This document shows, one piece after another, positions 56,364 through 64,000 of a DNA stretch of 64,000 nt. Both the position numbers and the translations under genes were made by a program. The number at the start of each line of letters is the position of its first letter. Position 1 is the first letter of the stretch. The DNA lies in the NCBI GenBank assembly GCA_007134735.1, contig SLKG01000043.1, positions 19,317-83,316 of the forward strand, in the 5' to 3' direction. The notes under the pieces are model-generated. The model worked only from the letters and a program-made list of their open reading frames with translations, had not been told where the DNA came from and did no database searches. Source of the DNA: Kiritimatiellia bacterium (lineage in GTDB: Bacteria > Verrucomicrobiota > Kiritimatiellia > SLAD01).

Positions 56364-56840
56364 ATGAAGCCGAAATATAGTCAAGGCGTCCCGTGGAGGG
56401 TGTTGCTCGGACTGCTGGTTTTGATCGGCGGGTGCGTGTATCGTGATGTCCGGCGGTCGCCGCCGCGGGAAATACGGAATCGTCCGGCGCGGGAGTACAC
56501 GCTTGAAGTGACGGCCTATTGCCCGTGCGGTCATTGTTGCGGGTGGCATAGGAACTGGCTGGGCCGGCCGGTCTTTTCGTCGGGACCGCAGCGGGGACAA
56601 CGCAAACAGGTCGGGATAACGGCCAGTGGCACGCGCGCCCGGCCCGGCACCATTGCCGCGGATACGTCGATTTTTCCGTTCGGCACGGTCATGTATGTGC
56701 CGGGATATGGCTATGGCGTCGTGGAGGATCGCGGAGGCGCCATTCAGGGTCACCGAATTGATCTGTTTTATCGACGGCATGACGAGGCCCTGAAATGGGG
56801 CCGGCAGAATATACGGGTCAAAGTCTGGTTGGTGGAATGA
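56364..56840 (+). CDS. 3D-domain-containing lipoprotein (MltA-like 3D / YuiC-like cell-wall protein)
   Basis: Lipoprotein signal (LLGLLVLIGGC) and a 3D domain (TAYCPCGHCCGW...TASGT...GTIAAD...VPGYGYGVVEDRGGAI). Confidence 0.75.
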   Translation: MKPKYSQGVPWRVLLGLLVLIGGCVYRDVRRSPPREIRNRPAREYTLEVTAYCPCGHCCGWHRNWLGRPVFSSGPQRGQRKQVGITASGTRARPGTIAADTSIFPFGTVMYVPGYGYGVVEDRGGAIQGHRIDLFYRRHDEALKWGRQNIRVKVWLVE

Positions 56841-56906
56841 GGGCCGGACCAAGCGCCGGGCGCGGCGTTCGGGACCGTTTCAAGGCAGAGGGGGTAGAGT
56901 CTGATC

Positions 56907-58289
56907 ATGAACATGCGTAAAGAAAAGGATTCCCTGGGCGAAAAGGAGGTTCCGGCGGATGCCTGGTACGGCATTCATACGGCGCGCTCCCGGGAGAATT
57001 TCAATGTCGGCGGCGAGCCTATGCCGCTGGAGATCGTGTATGGCATGGTGAAGCTGAAGGGGGCCTGCGCGCGCGCCAACCGGGCGCTGGGCCTGTTGGA
57101 TGAAGAGAAAGCCGATGCCATCGCGCGGGCGTGTGAACGCGTGTTGCGGGGCGGATTCGAGGATCAATTCGCCGTGGACGTATTCCAGGCGGGCTCGGGC
57201 ACGTCGTCGAACATGAACGTCAACGAGGTGATCGCCAACGTGGCGTGCGATGAGCTGGGCGGTCAACCCGGGGATCGTCACCGGGTTCATCCGAACGACG
57301 ACGTCAACAAGGGGCAATCGACCAACAACATCATGCCGTCCGGCATCAAGGTGGCCTGCGCGGAATTGTCGAACGAACTGATGGACGCCGCGCGGCGACT
57401 GGCGGAGCAATTGCGTGCGAAGGAAAAAGAATTCAAGGAGGTCATCAAGAGCGGACGCACTCATTTACAGGATGCGGTGCCGGTGACGCTGGGACAGGAG
57501 TTCGGGGCCTGGGCGCGCGCGTTGGAGAAGGATGTGGATCGTGTGCGCGAAGCGCGCGAGCGAATTCTGGAACTGGGCGCCGGGGGCAACGCGGTCGGCA
57601 CGGGCGTCAATACGAAACGGGAATTCCGTCCGTTAATCATGAAGGCCTTAAACGAGATCACGGGGGAATCGTATCGCGTGGCGGAAAACGGAATCGAGGT
57701 GACGCAGTTCATGACCGATCTCGGCCATCTGTCGGCGACGTTGAAGTTGATGAGCCTGGACCTGCTCAAGATCGCCAACGATCTGCGGTTGCTGGCTTCC
57801 GGGCCGAACACGGGATTTGCCGAGATGGTCCTGCCGGCCGTGGAACCGGGTTCCTCGATCATGCCGGGCAAGATCAATCCCAGCATCTGCGAGGCGGCAA
57901 ACATGGCCTGCCTGCAGGTGGTCGGTCACGACGCGGCCGTGACGGCAGCGGTCGGCGCCGGGCAACTGGAACTCAATACGCATATGCCGCTGATCGGCCT
58001 GAACCTGGTCAAATCGCTCCGTATCCTTGCGCGTTGCTGCCGCATGCTGGGCGACCGGTGTGTGGCGGGGATCCGGGCCGACGAAGCCGTCTGTCTGCGC
58101 TATTTTGAGACCAGCGGCGGTTTGCCCACGATCCTGAACCCGATCCTGGGATACGATAAGGTAGCCGAACTGGTGAAGGAATCCCTGCGCACGAAGAAAA
58201 GCCTGAAGGAACTCGTGTTTGAAAAGAAGATCATCGACCGGGAACAATTCGAGGTGTTGTTGAAGCGATCGACGGGGCCGATGGAGTGA
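56907..58289 (+). CDS. aspA: Aspartate ammonia-lyase (aspartase/fumarase class II family; closer to AspA)
   Basis: GSSIMPGKINP signature. The N-terminus (EKDSLGEKEVPADAWYGIHT), NDLRLLASGP and C-terminus (TKKSLKELVFEKKIIDREQFEVLL) resemble aspartases more than FumC. FumC is not excluded. Confidence 0.6.
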   Translation: MNMRKEKDSLGEKEVPADAWYGIHTARSRENFNVGGEPMPLEIVYGMVKLKGACARANRALGLLDEEKADAIARACERVLRGGFEDQFAVDVFQAGSGTSSNMNVNEVIANVACDELGGQPGDRHRVHPNDDVNKGQSTNNIMPSGIKVACAELSNELMDAARRLAEQLRAKEKEFKEVIKSGRTHLQDAVPVTLGQEFGAWARALEKDVDRVREARERILELGAGGNAVGTGVNTKREFRPLIMKALNEITGESYRVAENGIEVTQFMTDLGHLSATLKLMSLDLLKIANDLRLLASGPNTGFAEMVLPAVEPGSSIMPGKINPSICEAANMACLQVVGHDAAVTAAVGAGQLELNTHMPLIGLNLVKSLRILARCCRMLGDRCVAGIRADEAVCLRYFETSGGLPTILNPILGYDKVAELVKESLRTKKSLKELVFEKKIIDREQFEVLLKRSTGPME

Positions 58290-59020
58290 GTACATTTGTC
58301 GCAAAAGCCGGATCGTCACTGGGTAAGAAGTTCATTACCGGGATTACCGGTTTTGGGCTGTTTGTGTTCATCGTGACGCACCTCGGCGGCAACCTCCTGT
58401 TGCTGGTGGGCCCCGATGCCTTCAATGCCTATGCCCACTATCTGCACACGGCCATGCACGGCTGGTTTCTCCATATGGCGCGCGCCGGACTGTCGGCGTT
58501 CTTCCTGTTTCACGTCGTGTCGGGGCTTGCGGTGTACCGGGATAAATTACGGGCCCGGCCGGAACGCTATGAGAAAATGGCGGATGCAGGCGGGACGAGC
58601 CGCAAAACCCTGTCTTCGCGCACCATGGCGTTTTCGGGCCTGGTGATCCTGGTATTCCTGGTTCTGCATGTCGCCCATTTCAGATTCGGCCCCGGCCTGG
58701 AGCAGGGCTATGTCACGGAAGTGAACGGTGTCGAGATGCGCGATCTGTACCGGTTGGTGGTCGAGGAGTTCAACAAGCCCGTGGTCGTGTACGCTTATGT
58801 GTTCGTGATGCTTCTGATGGGCATGCATGTGCGGCACGGGTTCTGGAGCATGTTCCAGTCGCTCGGCCTCGCACGACCCAACACGGTCCCGACGTTGAGC
58901 GGGATGGGCCTGGTATTCGGCGTGGTGCTGGCGGTCGGCTTCATGCTCGTTCCGCTGTATATCCTGTATTTCATTCCGCCGCCCTCCGAGGCGGCCCTGG
59001 CGCCGGGGGTCCTGCCATGA
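58286..59020 (+). CDS. sdhC: Succinate dehydrogenase / fumarate reductase cytochrome b subunit (b558 type)
   Basis: Five TM helices with the His ligands of the b558-type anchor. GTG start overlapping the aspA stop. Confidence 0.8.
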   Translation: MSTFVAKAGSSLGKKFITGITGFGLFVFIVTHLGGNLLLLVGPDAFNAYAHYLHTAMHGWFLHMARAGLSAFFLFHVVSGLAVYRDKLRARPERYEKMADAGGTSRKTLSSRTMAFSGLVILVFLVLHVAHFRFGPGLEQGYVTEVNGVEMRDLYRLVVEEFNKPVVVYAYVFVMLLMGMHVRHGFWSMFQSLGLARPNTVPTLSGMGLVFGVVLAVGFMLVPLYILYFIPPPSEAALAPGVLP

Positions 59021-60957
59021 GCGAATGGTTCGACATTGGGGAAAATCTCCTGGACGGCGGCGTCCCTCCGGGCGCCATCGAAGTCAAATGGGACCGGTAC
59101 CGAAGCGAGATGCAATTGCTGGCTCCGGCCAACAAGCGTCATTACCGGATCATCGTGGTCGGCACCGGGTTGGCGGGTGCTTCGGCCGCGGCGTCGCTCG
59201 CGGAACTCGGCTACACGGTGCTCAATTTCTGCATCCAGGATTCACCGCGGCGTGCGCACAGCGTGGCGGCACAGGGCGGGATCAACGCCGCCAAGAATTA
59301 CCAGAACGACGGCGACAGCGTGTGGCGTTTGTTTCTCGACACGGTGCGGGGCGGCGATTACCGGTCGCGCGAGGCCAATGTATACCGGCTTTCCGAGTTG
59401 AGCTCGGATATCATCGATCAATGCGTGGCCCAGGGCGTTCCCTTCGCGCGCGAGTACGGCGGGATGTTGTCGAACCGCTCGTTCGGGGGCGCGCAGGTTT
59501 CGCGCACCTTCTATGCGCGGGGACAGACGGGACAGCAGTTATTGCTGGGCTGTTACGGCGCCCTGATGCGGCAGGTGAACGCGGGCCGCGTGCGCTTGTT
59601 TCCCCGTCGCGAGATGCTCGACCTGGTGCGGGTGGACGGACGGGCACGGGGCATCCTGTGCCGGAACCTGGTCACGGGGGAAATCGAGCGGTATGCAGGC
59701 GAGGCGGTACTGCTCTGCACCGGAGGTTATTCCACGGTATATTTCCTGTCCACCAACGCGGTTAATTGCAACGCCACGGCCATCTGGCGGTGTTACAAGA
59801 AGGGCGCCTATTTCGCCAATCCGTCTTTCACCCAGATTCATCCCACCTGCGTGCCGCAGTTGGGGGAGGTGCAGTCGAAACTGACGTTGATGAGCGAGAG
59901 TCTGCGGAACGACGGGCGGGTCTGGGTGCCGTCGGAACCCGGCGATACACGCGCGCCCGCGAACATTTCCGAAAGCGAACGGGATTATTTCCTGGAACGA
60001 CTGTATCCCGCCTTCGGCAACCTGGTCCCGCGCGATATCGCGTCACGGGCGGCGAAGAAGATGTGCGACGAAGGGCGCGGGGTGGGCCCGACCGGTTATG
60101 CCGTGTACCTGGATTTCAGCGACGCCATCGAGCGTGAAGGCATCGACGTCATCCGCGAGCGGTACAACAATCTGTTCCCGATGTACGAGGAGATCACGGG
60201 CGAGGATCCGTATCACACGCCCATGATGATTTATCCCGCGCCGCACTACACCATGGGCGGGTTGTGGGTGGACTATAATCTCATGAGCACCATCCCGGGC
60301 CTGTACGTGCTGGGCGAGGCAAACTATTCCGATCACGGCGCCAACCGGCTCGGCGCCAGCGCCCTGATGCAGGGACTGGCGGACGGGTATTTCATCATTT
60401 CGTACACCATGGAGCATTTCCTTGCCTCGAACAAACGCGAGCAGGTGTCGACGGATCATCCGGCGTTTGCGGAGTCCGAGGAGTCGATTCGCCGGGAAGT
60501 GGCCCGGTACCTGTCGCACACGAGCGGGAAGAGTGTGAAACAGTTTCACTGGGAGCTGGGGCGAATCATGTGGGACAAGGTGGGCATGTCCCGGAACGCC
60601 GCGGGCCTGCGGGAGGCGATCGGGGAAATCCGCGCGTTGCGCAAGGAATTTCACGATCACGTGCATGTGCCCGGAACGGGCGAGGAACTTAACAAGAACC
60701 TGGAAATGGCGGGCCGGGTGGCCGACTTTTTCGAGCTGGGCGAATTGATGGCCATCGATGCCCTGCACCGGAACGAATCCTGCGGCGGCCATTTTCGCGA
60801 GGAATACCAGACCGAAGAAGGGGAAGCCCTGCGGGACGATGAAAACTTTTCGTACGTGGCGGCCTACGAATACCGGGGCCCGGATCAAAAGATCGTTTTG
60901 CACAGGGAGCCGCTTAAATTCCGGCACGCACAACCTTCGCACAGGAGTTACAAGTAG
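59017..60957 (+). CDS. sdhA: Succinate dehydrogenase / fumarate reductase flavoprotein subunit
   Basis: FAD-binding N-terminus ([14 protein letters not shown]), covalent-FAD His region ([10 protein letters not shown]) and the catalytic domain. Confidence 0.9.
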   Translation: MSEWFDIGENLLDGGVPPGAIEVKWDRYRSEMQLLAPANKRHYRIIVVGTGLAGASAAASLAELGYTVLNFCIQDSPRRAHSVAAQGGINAAKNYQNDGDSVWRLFLDTVRGGDYRSREANVYRLSELSSDIIDQCVAQGVPFAREYGGMLSNRSFGGAQVSRTFYARGQTGQQLLLGCYGALMRQVNAGRVRLFPRREMLDLVRVDGRARGILCRNLVTGEIERYAGEAVLLCTGGYSTVYFLSTNAVNCNATAIWRCYKKGAYFANPSFTQIHPTCVPQLGEVQSKLTLMSESLRNDGRVWVPSEPGDTRAPANISESERDYFLERLYPAFGNLVPRDIASRAAKKMCDEGRGVGPTGYAVYLDFSDAIEREGIDVIRERYNNLFPMYEEITGEDPYHTPMMIYPAPHYTMGGLWVDYNLMSTIPGLYVLGEANYSDHGANRLGASALMQGLADGYFIISYTMEHFLASNKREQVSTDHPAFAESEESIRREVARYLSHTSGKSVKQFHWELGRIMWDKVGMSRNAAGLREAIGEIRALRKEFHDHVHVPGTGEELNKNLEMAGRVADFFELGELMAIDALHRNESCGGHFREEYQTEEGEALRDDENFSYVAAYEYRGPDQKIVLHREPLKFRHAQPSHRSYK

Positions 60958-60963
60958 CGCATT

Positions 60964-61728
60964 ATGACCACCGGCGAAACCATGACCCTTCACCTCAAGG
61001 TCTGGCGGCAACGCGGACCGGACCAACCGGGTGCGTTAACGCCCTACACGGTCACCGGCGTGTCGCCCGACATGTCATTCCTGGAAATGCTGGATTTGCT
61101 GAATGAGCAATTGATCGAGCGAAACGAACTTCCGGTTGAGTTCGACAGCGATTGCCGGGAAGGCATTTGCGGCACGTGCGGATTGGTAATCGACGGAATT
61201 GCGCACGGACCCAAGCGGGCCTGCACGACCTGTGAACTGCGCATGCGAAATTACCGGGATGGAGACACGATAACGGTGGAACCGTTTCGCGCGCGGGGGT
61301 TTCCGGTGCTCAAGGATCTCGTGGTGGATCGCGGCGCCTTTGACCGCATCATATCCAAGGGCGGATACATTTCCGTCAATACCGGATCGGCTCCGGAGGC
61401 CAACACGATTCCGGTTCCGAAGTACAAGACGGAAGCGGCGATGGACGCGGCGATTTGCATCGGGTGCGGCGCGTGCGTGGCGGCCTGTCCAAATGCGTCG
61501 GCCGCGCTGTTCGTGGGCGCCAAGGTGTCGCAGTTTGCGCTGTTGCCGCAGGGGCATGCCGAGCGCAAGGTTCGGGTGGTGCGCATGGTGGAGCAGATGG
61601 ACACCGAGGGATTCGGCGCCTGTTCCAATCACGGCGAATGTGAAGCGGTTTGTCCCAAGAAGATATCCATCACCTATATTGCGCGCATGCGGCGCGAATA
61701 TTTCAAGGCTGCGCTGGCCGGGGTATAA
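60964..61728 (+). CDS. sdhB: Succinate dehydrogenase / fumarate reductase iron-sulfur subunit
   Basis: 2Fe-2S cluster ([10 protein letters not shown]) plus 4Fe-4S/3Fe-4S motifs ([12 protein letters not shown]; [12 protein letters not shown]). Confidence 0.9.
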   Translation: MTTGETMTLHLKVWRQRGPDQPGALTPYTVTGVSPDMSFLEMLDLLNEQLIERNELPVEFDSDCREGICGTCGLVIDGIAHGPKRACTTCELRMRNYRDGDTITVEPFRARGFPVLKDLVVDRGAFDRIISKGGYISVNTGSAPEANTIPVPKYKTEAAMDAAICIGCGACVAACPNASAALFVGAKVSQFALLPQGHAERKVRVVRMVEQMDTEGFGACSNHGECEAVCPKKISITYIARMRREYFKAALAGV

Positions 61729-61763
61729 GGGTCGGCGCCTCAAGGGGACCGGGCCGGGTGAGG

Positions 61764-62513
61764 TTAGAAGCCCAGGGCAAGCCCCGAGGACAGGCTTTGA
61801 TTCCGGGAATCAAAATCGTATCGGTATCGGGCGAAAAACATCAAATCCTCCATGGGCCTGAAATTGAGCATAATCTGTCCTTCGGTCCGGCTTTCATCAA
61901 ATACATCCAGATAGGACAGGCCCAACAGGAACGAAAACAGGGGGGTGGCGTGTATCTCGGCGCCCGCGCCGATGCGCAATCCGATATCGGATTCCGTTTT
62001 TCTTTTTCTGCCGCGGGCGGATAATCCGGCGTCTTCTCCCTCGCCCGCGTCTTCGATCCCGACCTCCTCTTCGGTTTCGGCCTCGTCATTCTCGTCGTCT
62101 CCGGGATCGGGCGCCGTTTCGACGAGCATTCTTGTTCCGATACGGCTCCACGCGACAGCGGCTTCGACGTAGGGGTTGATGGGGCGGCCCGGCAAAAGAT
62201 GTACACGGCCTCCCGCCGTGATCAGATCCGTATCCATCTTTTCTTCCCAAATCTTCTGGTCGCTGCGTAATTCCCTTCGTTCCACGTCCGCGTGAAGATC
62301 CAGGTTGGGCAATACGGGAACATTTACGAACGCGCCGTAGAAAAGAAGCTGGCTGGTGAGGTCCCTTACGGCCGGATCATCGGGCCAGATAACCCCGATT
62401 TCGCCGGCGACAAATCCCTTGCCGAGTACCTCTCCCTGTACGTCCGCTACATCCGCAACGGCAAGGAGCAGGAGTGCGTAAAGAGGAAGGATATACTTCA
62501 AAGTCGGCTTCAT
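61764..62513 (-). CDS. Outer-membrane beta-barrel protein with an acidic insert
   Basis: Signal peptide (MKPTLKYILPLYALLLLAVA), amphipathic beta strands, a D/E-rich loop (DPGDDENDEAETEEEVGIEDAGEGED) and C-terminal LALGF. Confidence 0.6.
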   Translation of the reverse strand: MKPTLKYILPLYALLLLAVADVADVQGEVLGKGFVAGEIGVIWPDDPAVRDLTSQLLFYGAFVNVPVLPNLDLHADVERRELRSDQKIWEEKMDTDLITAGGRVHLLPGRPINPYVEAAVAWSRIGTRMLVETAPDPGDDENDEAETEEEVGIEDAGEGEDAGLSARGRKRKTESDIGLRIGAGAEIHATPLFSFLLGLSYLDVFDESRTEGQIMLNFRPMEDLMFFARYRYDFDSRNQSLSSGLALGF

Positions 62514-62611
62514 GTGTATGACGCATTCAATTCCATGACCCTGCTTCGTAATGAAATTTCGTTATCAAGTCAACAGGGTTTCAAGCCGGGCCTGTTGGAT
62601 ATCCGTTCACG

Positions 62612-62645
62612 AAAAAGCCCCTCCCGAAGCGGAAAGGGGCTTTTT
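62612..62645. terminator. Bidirectional rho-independent terminator
   Basis: AAAAA-GCCCCTCCCGAAGCGGAAAGGGGC-TTTTT. Confidence 0.75.
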
Positions 62646-62666
62646 CGTTCCCCGTTGTTTCTTCGA

Positions 62667-63179
62667 TCAGAAGAAGAAACGCATGCCGAGCTGGATGCTG
62701 TGGTTGGTGTCTTCCGCTTCTTCCTTGTCGCGAAAGACATCGTCGGTGGCCCACTCAAACAGGTAGTTGAGCGAGATGGCGATGTTTTCGGCGAAGAAGT
62801 ACTTCACGCCGGCCGCCGCGCCGAACACGGCCCCGTCATTGCTGTCGCCGACATCGGGATCCAGGTAGGAGTATTTGGCCGCGAGGCCGGCAAACGGCAC
62901 CAATTCCGTACCCAGGTCCACGTTGTATTCGGTGAACGCGCCGATACCCCATTGCGTCGCGATGTCGTTATCGGCGACGGATGCCAGTATACCGACCTGG
63001 ACGCCGTGAATCACGAACTGCCCGAGACGGAGATCAATTTCAAACGCGGTGCCGACTTCGGAGGCGAACTGCATGTCGCCCTGGACCGCCAGTTCGCGCG
63101 TACCTTGACCGATCAGCACGCCATGCGCTGTTCCGGCCATGAAGGCCATACCCATGATCGCGGTAAGAATTTTTTTCAT
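62667..63179 (-). CDS. Small outer-membrane beta-barrel protein (OmpW / OMP_b-brl-like)
   Basis: Signal peptide (MKKILTAIMGMAFMAGTAHG) and beta-barrel periodicity ending in ...GMRFFF. Confidence 0.7.
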   Translation of the reverse strand: MKKILTAIMGMAFMAGTAHGVLIGQGTRELAVQGDMQFASEVGTAFEIDLRLGQFVIHGVQVGILASVADNDIATQWGIGAFTEYNVDLGTELVPFAGLAAKYSYLDPDVGDSNDGAVFGAAAGVKYFFAENIAISLNYLFEWATDDVFRDKEEAEDTNHSIQLGMRFFF

Positions 63180-63494
63180 GCTGCTTTCCTTTCATTCGTT
63201 GTCTCGATGTACACCTCTTCGAAATACCATTATACCCCTCATTCCATGTCCAATATTCTGCTCGAAACCGACCATCACCCCCTTTCGGTTCATGTATGCT
63301 CACCGTCTGAGCGGAGCGGTCATGGGGCGTTGATTCGTTGCCGCGCCTGTTGTGCTCAGAACGTTCAAGCAACTACGTGCCCCACGCGTATTTTGCGCAA
63401 CCGTCTCATTCAGTCAAGAACATGTTTGGTATCGGTGCGTTCATGGGGCGGAAGGCAGGCTCCGAAATCGGTTTGCGGGTCGGCGGCGGGTCTG

Positions 63495-64000
63495 TCAAGC
63501 CGCAGGGAACACCGGTGTGCGCATGGCGGGATTTTCCAGGATATCCCGGCGGAGCAGGGTGTTCAGTCGTTTGTATCCCGGACCCGGCTTTCCGTTTCCG
63601 ACGGGCCGGCCCTCAAACTCAACCACGGCACTGACATCGATGGTGGTGCCCGTCATCAAGACCTCGCGGGCTTTGTACAGATCATCGGGGGTAAGGCGCC
63701 GTGTGTCCCTCCCCGTGATCTCCCCGCCGCCGTGCGTGTCCGCGAGTTCGAGTACGCGGCCGACGGTGGTGCCTTCCAGGAAACGGTCCCCCGAAGGCGT
63801 CACAAGGCGTCCTTCCGCATCGATCAAGGCCACATTCTCTATCGATCCCTCCGAGACATACCCCTCTGCATCCAGCGCGAGAACAAAATCCAGGTCCCGG
63901 TCCACGGCCTCTTTTTTCATCAGCACGTTGGGCAGGTAATTGATTGATTTGATGCGCGCCAGCGGCGCCGAGCGGGCCGGAATCGCAGACAGGCCCGCCC
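63495..64000 (-). CDS. Class IV (fold-type IV) PLP-dependent aminotransferase (branched-chain / D-amino-acid aminotransferase or ADC-lyase family). The C-terminal part is in the window; the N-terminus lies beyond the right edge.
   Basis: C-terminal region ...EGTTVGRVLELA...MTGTT... typical of IlvE/PabC-like enzymes. The ORF is open to position 64000. Confidence 0.7.
   Translation of the reverse strand, partial: AGLSAIPARSAPLARIKSINYLPNVLMKKEAVDRDLDFVLALDAEGYVSEGSIENVALIDAEGRLVTPSGDRFLEGTTVGRVLELADTHGGGEITGRDTRRLTPDDLYKAREVLMTGTTIDVSAVVEFEGRPVGNGKPGPGYKRLNTLLRRDILENPAMRTPVFPAA

Noticed and set aside
62292-63947. 551-aa ORF on the plus strand
   Set aside because: It is antisense to the two OMP genes and the class IV aminotransferase. 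It has low-complexity Arg/Gly-rich composition and no motifs. It is a high-GC antisense artefact.

Overview
High-GC (about 62%) bacterial chromosomal segment with an anaerobic, polysaccharide-degrading PVC-like character (Verrucomicrobia/Kiritimatiellae-like gene content: sigma-54, sulfotransferase, GH35/GH13, long-tailed secretin). It is mostly housekeeping and envelope functions. Left to right: a GH35 beta-galactosidase (partial, minus strand) with a divergent LacI regulator; a lipoprotein/sulfotransferase divergent pair; a xanthine-dehydrogenase-family molybdoenzyme operon (L, S, FAD subunits) interrupted by a REP-associated tyrosine transposase (RAYT) gene, with a tandem REP-like doublet in the S-FAD spacer and a convergent MocA-like gene; gpsA-plsY; a 1198-aa secreted GH13 alpha-glucan enzyme; rpoN; a hybrid PAS histidine kinase; an MBL hydrolase; a small OMP; a complete type II secretion operon gspE-F-G-H-I-J-K-L-M-D; trmJ; Lrp/AsnC plus aminotransferase; nnr-acpS-pdxJ; a GGDEF protein; a MalK/UgpC-type ABC ATPase; a compact operon hyp-GT4 / fetA-fetB-GT4 plus two paralogous membrane proteins; aroE-pilD-aroK; leuA preceded by a putative leader-peptide attenuator; a NamZ-like DUF1343 protein; tRNA-Val and tRNA-Cys; gcvH-lipB; rsmB; a 3D-domain lipoprotein; aspA followed by sdh/frd CAB; two more small OMP beta-barrels; and a partial class IV aminotransferase. 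I found no CRISPR, cas genes, prophage or recognisable defence island. The most unusual content is non-coding repeat structure: the REP doublet, a dispersed ~37-nt element present in three copies, a 27-bp perfect inverted repeat, octamer and heptamer tandem arrays, and AACGTT-rich inverted elements. The other candidates are the RAYT insertion inside the molybdoenzyme operon and the uncharacterised glycosyltransferase/ABC/membrane-paralog operon. The ORF track treats GTG/TTG as starts and omits ORFs that lack an in-window stop. I therefore translated the GH35 gene by hand and trimmed several artefactual N-terminal extensions.
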